Source: Chitinophagales bacterium
Lineage (GTDB): Bacteria; Bacteroidota; Bacteroidia; Chitinophagales; CAIODY01
DNA: 64,000 nucleotides
Assembly (NCBI GenBank): GCA_026461075.1
Contig: JAPJNH010000042.1
Span: forward strand, 40,166-104,165
Direction of reading: 5' to 3'
The position numbers and the translations under genes are program-made. Of this stretch, positions 1 to 10,720 are shown one piece after another. The notes under the pieces are model-generated. The model ran no database searches. It saw only the letters and a list, made by a program, of their open reading frames with translations, and was not told the DNA's origin. Every line of letters starts with the position of its first letter. Position 1 is the first letter of the stretch.

Positions 1-1173
1 TGGATGAGTCATGGCGATTCAATCCTTCGTCTTCCGGATAACTTTGAAATTGTCGGTACGACCGAACATATTCCTGTGGCTTTCTATCAAAGCAAGGCTG
101 GCGCTTTCGCACACCCAGTTTGGGGCGTGCAATTCCACCCGGAAGTAACGCATAGTGAAAAGGGGTTGGATATGTTGAAGTCATTCCTATACGATATCTG
201 TGGATGTGGTGGTGATTGGACAAGCGAGCATTTTATCGATAGCACGGTTGAATCACTAAGAAAGCAAATAGGTGACGAAGAAGTGATTTTAGCATTAAGC
301 GGCGGGGTAGATTCTACCGTTGCTGCAGTTCTTCTACATAAAGCGATTGGTTCTAAACTGCATTGCATATTCGTAGATAACGGCCTATTACGTAAAGGAG
401 AATACGAGCAAGTATTAAATACCTATCGCAATGAAATGGGCTTGAATGTAAAGGGTATCGACGCATCAGGTTTATTCTACGGCCATTTGAATGGAGTGAG
501 TGATCCAGAAACGAAACGTAAAATCATTGGTAAAACATTTATCGATGTTTTTGAAATGGAAGCTAAGCAGATTTCTGCTGCTAAATGGCTCGCGCAAGGA
601 ACTATCTATCCTGACGTAATTGAATCGGTAAGTGTGCATGGTGGCCCAAGTCAGACAATTAAGTCGCACCACAATGTGGGTGGTTTGCCAGAAAAGTTGA
701 ACTTGAAAATTGTAGAGCCTTTACGTTTGTTGTTTAAAGACGAAGTTCGTCGCGTAGGTAAAGCATTAGGAATCGCTCCGCATATTTTAGGACGTCATCC
801 TTTCCCTGGTCCTGGATTAGCTATTCGTATTATCGGTGCTATTACCGAAGAAAAAGTTAAATTGTTACAAGAAGCAGATGCAATCTATATTGGTCATTTA
901 CGTGAAGCGGGTTGGTATGATAAAATCTGGCAAGCAGGTGCTATCTTAACTCCGATTCAAACAGTAGGTGTTATGGGTGATGAACGTACGTACGAATTCG
1001 TGCTCGCGTTACGTGCTGTTAGTAGCGTAGATGGAATGACTGCCGATTGGATACATTTACCTTATGAGCTTTTAGCTAAAATTTCTAACGATATCATCAA
1101 TCGCGTGAAAGGAATTAATCGAGTGGTGTATGATATCAGCTCGAAGCCGCCTGCAACCATTGAGTGGGAATAA
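1..1173 (+). CDS. guaA: GMP synthase (glutamine-hydrolysing), 5'-truncated by the window edge
   Basis: The frame is open from nt 1. It covers the end of the GATase domain ([10 protein letters not shown]), the ATP-PPase P-loop SGGVDS, and the conserved C-terminal dimerisation region ending KPPATIEWE. Confidence 0.95.
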   Translation, partial: WMSHGDSILRLPDNFEIVGTTEHIPVAFYQSKAGAFAHPVWGVQFHPEVTHSEKGLDMLKSFLYDICGCGGDWTSEHFIDSTVESLRKQIGDEEVILALSGGVDSTVAAVLLHKAIGSKLHCIFVDNGLLRKGEYEQVLNTYRNEMGLNVKGIDASGLFYGHLNGVSDPETKRKIIGKTFIDVFEMEAKQISAAKWLAQGTIYPDVIESVSVHGGPSQTIKSHHNVGGLPEKLNLKIVEPLRLLFKDEVRRVGKALGIAPHILGRHPFPGPGLAIRIIGAITEEKVKLLQEADAIYIGHLREAGWYDKIWQAGAILTPIQTVGVMGDERTYEFVLALRAVSSVDGMTADWIHLPYELLAKISNDIINRVKGINRVVYDISSKPPATIEWE

Positions 1174-1194
1174 TTAACCTTCCAAAAAATAGTT

Positions 1195-2745
1195 ATGAAG
1201 TTTTTAAAAAGCTTACTTCTTTCACTTATATGCTTGCTAAGTCTGCAACAGGCCAAAGCTGGGGTGTTTGATGTGGGCACCGTTAAACTTCTCTCTCCGA
1301 AAGTGTTTTTATGTTTGGGAGACACGGTTCCGCTGAACATGGTGATTCAAAACTTCGGCTCCGATACAGTGTATTCTGTGCCGGTACGTGTCAATATTGG
1401 AGGGATTGTACCTTTTGTCTTGCTTGCTACCTCTACCAAAACACTCCTGCCAGGTGATACCGCTGTTGTCTATTTAGGCGATGTCCCTTGTCCTACAAAC
1501 GGACTCTATCACTTCACCTTTTTTACGCAATTAAACGGCGATGCGAATCTGCAGAATGATACCTCGTATCAAACGTCTTATATTGCTAATACCACCTTTC
1601 CCATGCAAAGGGTGGATGCTCACCGTTGTGGAAGTGGTGCTTTGCAAATCAGGGCTTCTGTTACAGATGGATTGATTTATTGGTATACTTCTGATACGGC
1701 AAGTAATAGCATAGGGATTGGGGAAACATTTCAAACGCCTAATTTATCCTTCACTCAAACCTATTGGGCCGAACCACATGCCAATGTGCATGTGAATTTA
1801 GGGGAGAGAGACACAACATTTGCTAGTTTTAATGGTACCAACTTTTTAACGGATGCTATGAGCTTCGATGTCTTCGAGGGAATGGTTTTAGACTCCGTAA
1901 AAGTATATCCCATGAATCCGGGTATGCTGGTTATGCGCTTGCTAAATAATCAAAATGTGGTATTGTACCGCGATACCTTCTATTTCCCAAATGCGAATGG
2001 TGTTGGGCATTTTGTGAATTTGCATTGGCAATTGCAAAAGGGGGTAGGCTATAGAATGGATGCCTTAGGTACAAATACAGGTTTGCTGCGCAATACAAGT
2101 GCTGCGAAATATCCTTACGAAGTTCCTTATGTGGTATCAATCAATGGAAATACCATTAGTCCAAATTATTACTTGTATTTCTATGATTGGCATTTTCGAC
2201 TTGGCGGTTGTGCAGGGCCTCGTCAGCCTGTGAACGCTTTTATACGCACAACACCGCCGAACGCAAACTTTAGTATTCAATCGAATGGAGCTTTAGTGAT
2301 TTTTACTAACCATACGACCAATTCCGATAGCGTCTGGTGGAATTTTGGTGATGGTATTATCAATACCACCTGGCAGCCGAATCACCTATATGCAAAGAGT
2401 GGTTTATATATTGTTACGCTTTACGCTAAGAATGATTGTGGCATCGACTCCTTTAAAATGGGGATTAATGTAATTGCTGGGATACAGGATATTTCTAGTA
2501 ATAGTGGAGCGATTAGTCCGAACCCTTCAAGTGATTGGATGCAATGGGCATTACCAAACGGAGTGCTTCCAAATGAGTCATCTATTCGAGTCTATGCATT
2601 GGACGGCAAGTGGCTGCCAGTGAAATTTTTTAATGAAAATGGACGAATCCATTTCGATGTCAGCACACTTCCGCAAGGAAATTATGAAGTGCAAATGCGC
2701 ACACAAAGCGGGTTGTTAATCCATAATCGATTTAATAAACTCTAA
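1195..2745 (+). CDS. Secreted protein with a PKD-like domain and a T9SS C-terminal sorting domain
   Basis: N-terminal signal peptide (MKFLKSLLLSLICLLSLQQAKA). PKD-type motif WWNFGDG...YAKSGLYIVTLYAKNDCG. C-terminal ~80 aa beta-sandwich tail beginning ISPNPSSD, typical of T9SS cargo. Confidence 0.75.
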   Translation: MKFLKSLLLSLICLLSLQQAKAGVFDVGTVKLLSPKVFLCLGDTVPLNMVIQNFGSDTVYSVPVRVNIGGIVPFVLLATSTKTLLPGDTAVVYLGDVPCPTNGLYHFTFFTQLNGDANLQNDTSYQTSYIANTTFPMQRVDAHRCGSGALQIRASVTDGLIYWYTSDTASNSIGIGETFQTPNLSFTQTYWAEPHANVHVNLGERDTTFASFNGTNFLTDAMSFDVFEGMVLDSVKVYPMNPGMLVMRLLNNQNVVLYRDTFYFPNANGVGHFVNLHWQLQKGVGYRMDALGTNTGLLRNTSAAKYPYEVPYVVSINGNTISPNYYLYFYDWHFRLGGCAGPRQPVNAFIRTTPPNANFSIQSNGALVIFTNHTTNSDSVWWNFGDGIINTTWQPNHLYAKSGLYIVTLYAKNDCGIDSFKMGINVIAGIQDISSNSGAISPNPSSDWMQWALPNGVLPNESSIRVYALDGKWLPVKFFNENGRIHFDVSTLPQGNYEVQMRTQSGLLIHNRFNKL

Positions 2746-2788
2746 AGGTATTCTTTCTTATCTCCTCAAAATTTACGAACTTAGTTTT

Positions 2789-5278
2789 ATGAAAAAGCCA
2801 TTATATCTCCATTTGATCTTTATCGTTATCGGTATAGTTTTGAGCGTAATTTATCTGTCACCTGTTTTAGAAGGTAAGTTATTGGTTCAAAGTGACTCTA
2901 TCCAATCGAAGGCAATGCAAGCCGAGGTTTTGCAAGCAAAAGAGTCGAAGGGATATTATTCCTTGTGGACCAATACTAGTTTTTCAGGGATGCCAACCTT
3001 CACTATGGGCGTAGATTATAAAAACCCTGTAATAGGTAGTTTGTTGACTCCTTTTGAGCAGTTTTTCAAAAGTCCATTATGTTATTTGATTTATTATTTC
3101 GTAGGGTTCTATATCCTCATGATAGCCTTGCGTGTCGACCCTTGGTTAGCTTTCCTTGGTGCGATCATGTTCACCTTCTCTAGCTATAATTTTATCATTT
3201 TAGAGGCTGGACACAACACAAAAGCACGCAACATCGGATTAATGCCTTTAGTCTTAGCTGGGGTTATATTCTTGTTCCAAAAACGATATTGGGTTGGAGC
3301 TATTTTGGTTTCATTATTTATGTTCCATGAAATCAAATCGAATCACCCGCAAATCACTTATTATTTACTAATCATTTTAGGATGTTATTTTGTTTATCAA
3401 TTGGTAGAAACCATTCGTTCTAAAGAATGGTTACATTTTTCAAAGGCTGTTGGGATATTTACTTTAGCGACTATGCTCGCTGTTATGGCGAACTTCGCGC
3501 AGTTATGGGTTGTTTATGAATATACCAAAGATACGATGCGTGGTGGCTCTGAATTGGCTGTTACCGGTATTGACAACGGTAAAAACAAGAAGGGCTTAGA
3601 TAAAGATTATGCGTTTCAATGGAGTTATGGTAAAATGGAAAGTTTTACTTTCTTGATTCCAAACGCATTCGGAGGATCGTCTTCAGCTGAATTTAATGAG
3701 GATAGTAAAATCTATGAGTTTCTCAGTGATAAGAATATCCCTGCAGAGGCATCTGAACAAATCTCTCGTCAATTAGGTGGTTATTGGGGGCCAAAACCAT
3801 TCACTTCTGGACCAGTCTATTTAGGGGTATTAGTATGCTTTTTGTTTGTGCTCGGTATCGTAGTTCTGAAAGATGCTTGGCGTTGGTGGCTAGTCGCAGC
3901 TTCCCTTATTGGACTCCTTTTAGCTTGGGGTAAAAACTTAATGTGGTTTAATAGTCTTGCCTTCGATATTGTTCCGTTCTATAACAAATTCAGAACAGTT
4001 GAAATGGCTCTTGTCATTTTACAAATGACTTTCCCTTTAATGGCGGTGCTTACCTTACAACGTATCTTGGATGCAAAGATAGATCGTGCCGCATTGCTGA
4101 AGAAGTTCTATTATGTTGCAGGTGGATTCGCTGCTGTTATTTTGATTTTTGCTGTGATGCCAAGTTCTGTCTTAGACTTCAAAGGCTTGCAGGATGAGCA
4201 GATTAAAGAAATGTATGCGAAGCAGGGTGGTGCAGAGCTTGCTCGCGATTTGATGAGTGCGGTTAAAGCTGAACGTGCTCGTTTGGTTTCTGCTGACGCT
4301 TGGACAGCCTTTTTAATATTGATTTTAGGAGCTGGTTTATTATTTGCCTATCTGCGTAATAAGATTAGCGCGCAAGTTGTACTCATTGCCTTTACAGTTA
4401 TAACACTCGTCGATCTTTGGCGAGTAGACAAACGTTATCTGAATGATGATAAATTTACCGAAGCTACCTCTATTGAAGATAACTACGCTCCGTCAGAAAT
4501 TGATCGCCAAATTATGGCCGACAACTCCGTTTCATACCGCGTGTTTAACGTAGCTACAGACCCATTCAACGACGCGATCCCTTCTTACTTCCATAAAAAT
4601 GTGGGAGGTTACAACCCTGCTAAGTTGGCGCGTTATCAAGATTTGATCGACTCATGTATTCGTAAAAATAACCAGAATGTGTTGAATATGTTGAATACAA
4701 AGTATATCATTTTTGCTCCGCAGCAAAATGCCAAACCTATGGTGCAAATGAATCCGCAAGCCTTAGGCAACGCATGGTTTATCGATACTTTGCAAAAAGT
4801 AAACTCTCCACGTGAAGAGATTATGTCTTTAAACATGTCTAATTGGAATCCTGCACGTATTGCTTTTGTAGATGCTTCTAAATTTGCAGAAGATATCTCT
4901 CAAACAACTTTCAAAAAGGATACTTTGGCTAAAGTCGCTTTGTTGAGAAACGGATTGGATACACTTCAATACGCTTATACCAGTGCTCAACCAGGCTTCT
5001 TGGTAATGAGTGAAGTGTTTTATGCAGATAAAAAAGGTAAAGGGTGGCAAGCTTACCTAGACGGAAATCCTGTTTCGCATATTCGTGTGAATTATGTGTT
5101 ACGTGGGATGAATGTGCCTGCAGGAAATCATAAAATTGAATTCCGTTTCGAACCTAAGCCTTTCCTACGCGGACAGAATTACGCGATGATTGGATCCTAC
5201 TTAATTTTGCTAATAATAGCCTTAAGTGGATTTATGATTTGGCGTGAGTATACTTTATCGAAAAAGAACGCAAAGTAA
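2789..5278 (+). CDS. Large polytopic membrane protein, YfhO-like
   Basis: 829 aa with many hydrophobic helices in the N-terminal two thirds, a soluble C-terminal part and a final TM helix. This architecture matches Bacteroidota YfhO-family proteins. The family assignment is from memory only. Confidence 0.5.
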   Translation: MKKPLYLHLIFIVIGIVLSVIYLSPVLEGKLLVQSDSIQSKAMQAEVLQAKESKGYYSLWTNTSFSGMPTFTMGVDYKNPVIGSLLTPFEQFFKSPLCYLIYYFVGFYILMIALRVDPWLAFLGAIMFTFSSYNFIILEAGHNTKARNIGLMPLVLAGVIFLFQKRYWVGAILVSLFMFHEIKSNHPQITYYLLIILGCYFVYQLVETIRSKEWLHFSKAVGIFTLATMLAVMANFAQLWVVYEYTKDTMRGGSELAVTGIDNGKNKKGLDKDYAFQWSYGKMESFTFLIPNAFGGSSSAEFNEDSKIYEFLSDKNIPAEASEQISRQLGGYWGPKPFTSGPVYLGVLVCFLFVLGIVVLKDAWRWWLVAASLIGLLLAWGKNLMWFNSLAFDIVPFYNKFRTVEMALVILQMTFPLMAVLTLQRILDAKIDRAALLKKFYYVAGGFAAVILIFAVMPSSVLDFKGLQDEQIKEMYAKQGGAELARDLMSAVKAERARLVSADAWTAFLILILGAGLLFAYLRNKISAQVVLIAFTVITLVDLWRVDKRYLNDDKFTEATSIEDNYAPSEIDRQIMADNSVSYRVFNVATDPFNDAIPSYFHKNVGGYNPAKLARYQDLIDSCIRKNNQNVLNMLNTKYIIFAPQQNAKPMVQMNPQALGNAWFIDTLQKVNSPREEIMSLNMSNWNPARIAFVDASKFAEDISQTTFKKDTLAKVALLRNGLDTLQYAYTSAQPGFLVMSEVFYADKKGKGWQAYLDGNPVSHIRVNYVLRGMNVPAGNHKIEFRFEPKPFLRGQNYAMIGSYLILLIIALSGFMIWREYTLSKKNAK

Positions 5279-5289
5279 TTTTGCAATAA

Positions 5290-5466
5290 TTATTCCTTTG
5301 GCATTGCAATTGCCAAAATGATATACAGCAATAGTCCGCTACCAAAGCAAATTACGCCTACGAGAAATAGGATTCGAATAATCGTTGGGTCGATAGTAAA
5401 ATAGTCGCCCATGCCCTCGCATACACCGAACAATTTGCCAGATTTTTTGGTTATTTTTTTTTGCAT
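5290..5466 (-). CDS. PspC-domain small membrane protein (58 aa, below the ORF-track size cut-off)
   Basis: Hand translation of the minus strand gives MQKKITKKSGKLFGVCEGMGDYFTIDPTIIRILFLVGVICFGSGLLLYIILAIAMPKE. The G(V)C.G...YF.IDPT..R..F motif followed by one TM helix is the PspC domain signature. Confidence 0.75.
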   Translation of the reverse strand: MQKKITKKSGKLFGVCEGMGDYFTIDPTIIRILFLVGVICFGSGLLLYIILAIAMPKE

Positions 5467-5610
5467 AAACCAAATTTAATTGTTTTTAAATGGTTTATCC
5501 AAATCTTAATTAGCAATTAAATTAAGGAAGGTCATTTTTTATTAGCGTTTCTTTATGTAAATTGTGTCTAGCAAACAATTTAATATCAACTACAAAACAA
5601 TTCTACGCTT

Positions 5611-6795
5611 ATGTTACATTTTTTTTCTGCTAGTACGCGAATGGTGAATACCAAAAGAGGGGTAATGGAATTGATGGAATCGGCTATGGGTAGCGATTAT
5701 GCAAATGCAGATTTGATTATATTACATGCGTCGATTGGTCATAATTTTCAAGATTTAGTAGATCAAGCTCATGAAATGGCTCCGAATGCGCGTATCGTAG
5801 CAGCTTCTTGTTGTGGCGTTGTTGGAGTGGAAGGGGTGAGTGAGTCGATGAAAGACATAGCTTTAATGGCGGTTAAAGGCAAAGATTTTGCATTGGCAAG
5901 TGTAGATGGAATAAACGGACATAACTCCTATGAAAAATGCAAAGAAATGGCTTTGTCCATGAAGGCGGATAAGCCAGGTATCAATATGATTTATTTCTTA
6001 GGTTCTGGAATTGATATTGCCAATGATCTTTGCATTAAAGCCTTTGAAGAAGTGTTCGGTAAAGATGTCACGATATTTGGGGCAACATCTTCTGATAACA
6101 TGAAAGGCTTCGTTTCTTATCAAGCGGTTGATAATAAAGTTACGGAGCACGGTGCTTATGCGATTGGTTTTGCGGATCCTACTTTAAGCGTTGATACGCA
6201 AGCAACACATGGATTTGTAGCGGTGGGCGAACCATTGCTTGTTACGAAGTCGAATGGACATATTATAGAGGAGTTTAATGGTAAACCGGCTTGGGAAGAA
6301 TATACTCGCCGTTTAGGTTTGAGTGCTGATTCAACCTGCGGTGACACTATACCCGTCGGAGCATTAGGAGAGAAGTTAAATCCTGAATTGGCAAAAGAAT
6401 ATGGTAATCAACATATACTACGCGTTGTAACAAAACGTGTGGGCAATGATATGTATTATTCCACACAATGTCCTTTTGGAACTGAATTGTGGTTGACCAC
6501 CCGTGATGAAGATTTGATATTCTCAGAAATGGATCGAATGGTGAATGATATGATTACTCGTTCTAACGGTAAGCAAGCAGTTGCTGTTTTTCATGCAGAC
6601 TGTTTAGCTCGTGGTCGATTTTTGTTCAATAGAATTATTAAAGAAGAATTAGTAAGCCGTATGCAAAATCCATTCTATACCAATGGCGTTTGTCCTCCTT
6701 GGTTAGGCATGTATGGGTTCGGAGAATTTGCAAGATTAGGTGGCGAAAACACCTATCATAATTATACTACTGCGCTTTATGTCATTTATCGTTAA
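5611..6795 (+). CDS. FIST-domain signal-sensing protein (FIST_N + FIST_C)
   Basis: 394 aa and soluble. SCCGVVG-type motif in the N-terminal half and NGKPAWEEYTRRLGL-type motif in the C-terminal half. It lies directly upstream of a histidine kinase. Confidence 0.65.
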   Translation: MLHFFSASTRMVNTKRGVMELMESAMGSDYANADLIILHASIGHNFQDLVDQAHEMAPNARIVAASCCGVVGVEGVSESMKDIALMAVKGKDFALASVDGINGHNSYEKCKEMALSMKADKPGINMIYFLGSGIDIANDLCIKAFEEVFGKDVTIFGATSSDNMKGFVSYQAVDNKVTEHGAYAIGFADPTLSVDTQATHGFVAVGEPLLVTKSNGHIIEEFNGKPAWEEYTRRLGLSADSTCGDTIPVGALGEKLNPELAKEYGNQHILRVVTKRVGNDMYYSTQCPFGTELWLTTRDEDLIFSEMDRMVNDMITRSNGKQAVAVFHADCLARGRFLFNRIIKEELVSRMQNPFYTNGVCPPWLGMYGFGEFARLGGENTYHNYTTALYVIYR

Positions 6796-6806
6796 TTAGA
6801 ATTAAA

Positions 6807-9686
6807 TTGAGCGAAACGCCTTCCTATAATGAATTATTGCAATCCTATCGTGATTTGCAATTACGTGTTACTCGATTTTCTTCGGTTGAACAGGAGTTAA
6901 TTAATATTCGTGATCGATTGGATCATGAGTTGGTATTATATCGTCGACTTCAAGACTTTTCAAATGAAGCCATTAGTGAAAACTCCCTTATTGGTTTTTT
7001 TCGTAAAATTGTTGAATCTGTTGTTGATATCTTCGAGACTGAAGGTGCTATTTTTATGACCGATAAGGGTGATTTTTTTACCGAAGGTTATAATTTTAAA
7101 GAGGAGCAGGTTCAGCAATGCAAACAAACTATAATTAATTTCAGTAAGCGTTTTCGAGGAGGTACCGCCAATCGTATTAGCAATGCTGATTTGGAGAAAG
7201 AAGGTGTTGTTGATTTTGCGCGCGGTTTGTTTTATCATTTGAATGATAAAAGTTCAGGACAGACCATCTATATACTTGGATTCATCTCCAAGGAAAAGGA
7301 TCCTTTATATAATGAGTTTTTAGTTCGTCATGAAACGATTTTTGCTGTTTTTGCAGAACAAGTACGCGCTATTCTTGGCAATCTAATAAAATCTGTACGC
7401 CTTGCTGAAAACAGTATTTTATTAAAGCAGCTTTCTCTAATTGCAACCAAAACAAAAAATGGTGTCATCATCTCGGATCGATTTGGGAATATTGAATGGG
7501 TTAATGATGCGTTTGAGAATTCGACAGGATATACATTAACGGAGGTGAAAGGTAAGAAGCCAAAGGACTTCCTTCAAGGCGAAGAAACCTCTCCGGAATC
7601 AAAGCTAAAGTTGTCCATAGCATTAAAGAATAGAGATACGGTTGAAGTGCCTGTGGTTAATTATACCAAAGAAGGGAAGCCGTATACCGTTATGCTGGAA
7701 ATTACTCCTATTTTTAATGAGGAGGGACAGCATATTAATTTTATTGCATTACAAAAGGATGTTACGGAGGAGTTGAAGTATCGCTCAGAAATTCTTCGGA
7801 TCAATCAACGTTTCGAACAGATTAGTAATAAGTCTGAAATCGGTATTTGGGCCTCGGAATTTGAAACACATAAAGTCGAATGGAATGAGGTCATGTATCG
7901 AATATATGGGGTTCAACGCACAGGTGAAGAGCTAGATTATTTCAACTTATGGCTCAGTCATATTCATCCAGATGATTTTAATTCTGTGAATGAAAATATG
8001 CATGCCATTGTTTCTGGTACCATTGATCGAGTAGATGAAGAATATCGAATCATTCGTTCAGATAATAAGGAGGTAAGAATTCTTAGTACACTGACCATTG
8101 CAGAAAGAGACGCAGATGGGAAGTTGATTCGATTAATAGGAACATCTACTGATATAACGGAGCGTAAGTCTGCCGAGCAAAAACTTAAGGCAAGTGAGGA
8201 AAAGTATCGTGTGATTATCGATAATATGGCGCTCGGATTGGTGGAGGTAGATTTGGAAGAGGAAATCCTTTTTAACAATAAAAAGTATCTGGAGTTCGTT
8301 GGAGAAGGGAATGAATCTGATTTAATACTTGGGGCTAATCCTGAATCCACCTTGATGGAAAAAGTGGAAAATGGCTTGATTGTCAGCTATACGAAAATTG
8401 AGGATAATGTTTTTGAGGTTGAATTGAATGCAAGTGTTGAAGTTTCAAAAACACTTTTGCTAAGTACTAGTCCGATTTATCAAGGAGATTCCTTGAAAGG
8501 GTATATTAGTATTTACTTAGATATTACGCCGATAAAATCGCTGCAACGAAATCTTGAAAATGCACTATTAGAAAGAAATGAATTCATTCAGCAAATTGAT
8601 AGTGTAAAACAGTTTTATGAAAGTGTATTGAATCACACTCCGTCAGAAATAGCCGTTATAGATGCGAATGCTAAGGTGTTATTTGTGAACAATCATTGGA
8701 GAGAAAATGAAAGTGCTTGGAGTAAATTAAACGGTCAATCTTTATTGCAAATTGCGCAAAATAATCTTTCTGAATATGATTCTATTCGTAATTTGATTTA
8801 TAAATTAAATACGGCAATGGCTCAAAATAGTCTATTGCAATTTGAAGAAGAACGTGCTAGCGGTGTAGGAAGTAGTACTTCTATTTTAAGAAATATTCTA
8901 CCGTATTCTAATGAGGCAGGATTATTAGAGTATTTAGTAGTTTCTGGTACAGAGATTACCGAATTAAAGCAAATTCAAATAGATCTAGAATCAAAGAACG
9001 AAGAGTTGAATAAGATCAATTCCGAACTAGATAAATTCGTCTACTCCGTTTCACATGATTTGCGATCTCCATTATTAAGTATCAAAGGTATTTTAAGTTT
9101 GGTATTTAAAACCGCTCAACTTGACGAAAAAACACAACAGTATCTTAAGTTGGCAGAAACCTCTGTATTACGATTGGACGGTACCATTAAAGAAATACTT
9201 AATTATTCCAGAAATGCTCGTTTTGGAATTGAGTTGGATGAGTTTGATTTGTCCAATGTAATTAATGCCGTTATTGATGATTTACGTTTTTCTGAAGAGT
9301 CGAAGGTTAATTTTATGGTAGAGATGCCAAATGAATTCCTTTTAAAATCAGATAAAATGCGGGTGGAGGTGATTCTCAAAAATTTGATAGGAAATGCGGT
9401 GAAATATGCTCGAAAGGATATTCATGACGCCTATGTTAAAATTACCGTTTCACGGAGTGTCAATGAATTTGAAATAAAAATAGAGGATAACGGAGAAGGA
9501 ATCGCTGAAGAAAATCTAAGTAAGATATTCGACATGTTCTATCGTGCCACTAGTTCTAGTGTTGGGACAGGTCTTGGTTTATATATTTGTAAAGAAATGG
9601 TTCAAAAATTAAACGGAAAGCTATTTGTGGAATCTGTCTTGAAAAAAGGTAGTATATTCACTTTAATACTTCCAGCTAATTCTTAA
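6807..9686 (+). CDS. Cytoplasmic multi-PAS sensor histidine kinase (TTG start)
   Basis: No TM helices. Several PAS/PAC units (e.g. GYTLTEVKGKKPKDFLQGEE; HIHPDDF...YRIIRSDNKEVRIL). HisKA H-box FVYSVSHDLRSPL. HATPase N/G boxes GNAVKYA, DNGEGI, GTGLGLYICK. Confidence 0.9.
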   Translation: MSETPSYNELLQSYRDLQLRVTRFSSVEQELINIRDRLDHELVLYRRLQDFSNEAISENSLIGFFRKIVESVVDIFETEGAIFMTDKGDFFTEGYNFKEEQVQQCKQTIINFSKRFRGGTANRISNADLEKEGVVDFARGLFYHLNDKSSGQTIYILGFISKEKDPLYNEFLVRHETIFAVFAEQVRAILGNLIKSVRLAENSILLKQLSLIATKTKNGVIISDRFGNIEWVNDAFENSTGYTLTEVKGKKPKDFLQGEETSPESKLKLSIALKNRDTVEVPVVNYTKEGKPYTVMLEITPIFNEEGQHINFIALQKDVTEELKYRSEILRINQRFEQISNKSEIGIWASEFETHKVEWNEVMYRIYGVQRTGEELDYFNLWLSHIHPDDFNSVNENMHAIVSGTIDRVDEEYRIIRSDNKEVRILSTLTIAERDADGKLIRLIGTSTDITERKSAEQKLKASEEKYRVIIDNMALGLVEVDLEEEILFNNKKYLEFVGEGNESDLILGANPESTLMEKVENGLIVSYTKIEDNVFEVELNASVEVSKTLLLSTSPIYQGDSLKGYISIYLDITPIKSLQRNLENALLERNEFIQQIDSVKQFYESVLNHTPSEIAVIDANAKVLFVNNHWRENESAWSKLNGQSLLQIAQNNLSEYDSIRNLIYKLNTAMAQNSLLQFEEERASGVGSSTSILRNILPYSNEAGLLEYLVVSGTEITELKQIQIDLESKNEELNKINSELDKFVYSVSHDLRSPLLSIKGILSLVFKTAQLDEKTQQYLKLAETSVLRLDGTIKEILNYSRNARFGIELDEFDLSNVINAVIDDLRFSEESKVNFMVEMPNEFLLKSDKMRVEVILKNLIGNAVKYARKDIHDAYVKITVSRSVNEFEIKIEDNGEGIAEENLSKIFDMFYRATSSSVGTGLGLYICKEMVQKLNGKLFVESVLKKGSIFTLILPANS

Positions 9687-9688
9687 CC

Positions 9689-10072
9689 ATGTACGAATAT
9701 TTGTTAATTGATGACGATTCTGTAATCAACTTCCTACACAAGGAGTTGATTACAATTGCGATTCCAAATGCAATTATTCACGAGTTTCAATCCAGCAAAC
9801 AAGCTTTGAATAAGATGAAACAAAGAATGCAAGAAGGTACTTGTCCGACGGCGGTCATATTTTTAGATATTAATATGCCTGAAATGAATGGATTCGAGTT
9901 TTTGGATGAATTGAAGATGATTGCGGGAGATCATTTCGATCAAGGTTGTAAAATTGTAATGGTTACTTCTTCGCTCAATGAAAAGGATAGAGAACGAGCA
10001 ATGTCTTATCCTTTCGTAAGCAATTACATGGAGAAGCCACTAACTTTAGAATATTTAAGTAGTCTTTCGTAA
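9689..10072 (+). CDS. Single-domain response regulator (receiver only)
   Basis: Acidic pocket LLIDDD, phospho-acceptor in FLDINMPEMNG, conserved T/S (VTSS) and K (EKP). It starts 2 nt after the kinase stop. Confidence 0.9.
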   Translation: MYEYLLIDDDSVINFLHKELITIAIPNAIIHEFQSSKQALNKMKQRMQEGTCPTAVIFLDINMPEMNGFEFLDELKMIAGDHFDQGCKIVMVTSSLNEKDRERAMSYPFVSNYMEKPLTLEYLSSLS

Positions 10073-10099
10073 TTCTGTTGCTTTGCGTACCTTTAACGT

Positions 10100-10720
10100 A
10101 TGCGATATATTTTGATTTTCTTATTGTTTTGGCAATATAATGCACAGGCAAAAAAGCTTGTATTGAATCCTTGTCAAATTCGAGTAAGCGCCATTCGTCC
10201 CGCTTTTCCTCTAACTAAATTCTATGGGGTAATAGGAGATGGTCCAATACACCCAATGATTGAAGTCGGGACTAGTTTTAATTGGAATCATTCACCTAAA
10301 AACTGTTTTTCCCAATCTATAAATATCGGCTTTGCCTATCACCGTTTTCTGCAAAGCATGCTACCTATCTACTCTGATTTAAACTATATGCGTATGATTA
10401 GTTTTAAAAAGCAGAAAATTGGCGCAGGTTTATCTCTTGGCGCTGGCTATTTACATAGTTTTCCATTAACAGATCAATTTAAAATGGTGAATGGTGTCTA
10501 CGAACAAGTAGGGCGATTGGGGCGTTCACAAGCGATGTTGAAAGTAGGTGCTTTTATACGTTTTAAGCAGTTTACATTTGGGTATAACAACATCATTCAA
10601 ACCCCATTTGTTAAAAGTTATGTGCCGTTAATGCCTTACAATTGCTTGAGCCTTTCCTATACGTTCAATTCTAATTGTTGTGTTTCTCCAACTAAAAAAT
10701 CTACTGATGCGACTAAATAA
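10100..10720 (+). CDS. Hypothetical secreted protein, possibly a small outer-membrane beta-barrel
   Basis: Signal peptide (MRYILIFLLFWQYNAQA). Alternating hydrophobic pattern, with LSLSYTF near the C-terminus. No recognisable catalytic motif. Confidence 0.45.
   Translation: MRYILIFLLFWQYNAQAKKLVLNPCQIRVSAIRPAFPLTKFYGVIGDGPIHPMIEVGTSFNWNHSPKNCFSQSINIGFAYHRFLQSMLPIYSDLNYMRMISFKKQKIGAGLSLGAGYLHSFPLTDQFKMVNGVYEQVGRLGRSQAMLKVGAFIRFKQFTFGYNNIIQTPFVKSYVPLMPYNCLSLSYTFNSNCCVSPTKKSTDATK

Noticed and set aside
7964-8350. Long antisense ORFs inside confident genes (also e.g. 25355-25795, 61573-61926, 62817-63197, 35536-35829)
   Set aside because: They lie fully within, and antisense to, strongly supported genes (histidine kinase, TonB-dependent receptor, tuf, nusG, response regulator), and have low-complexity or atypical composition.
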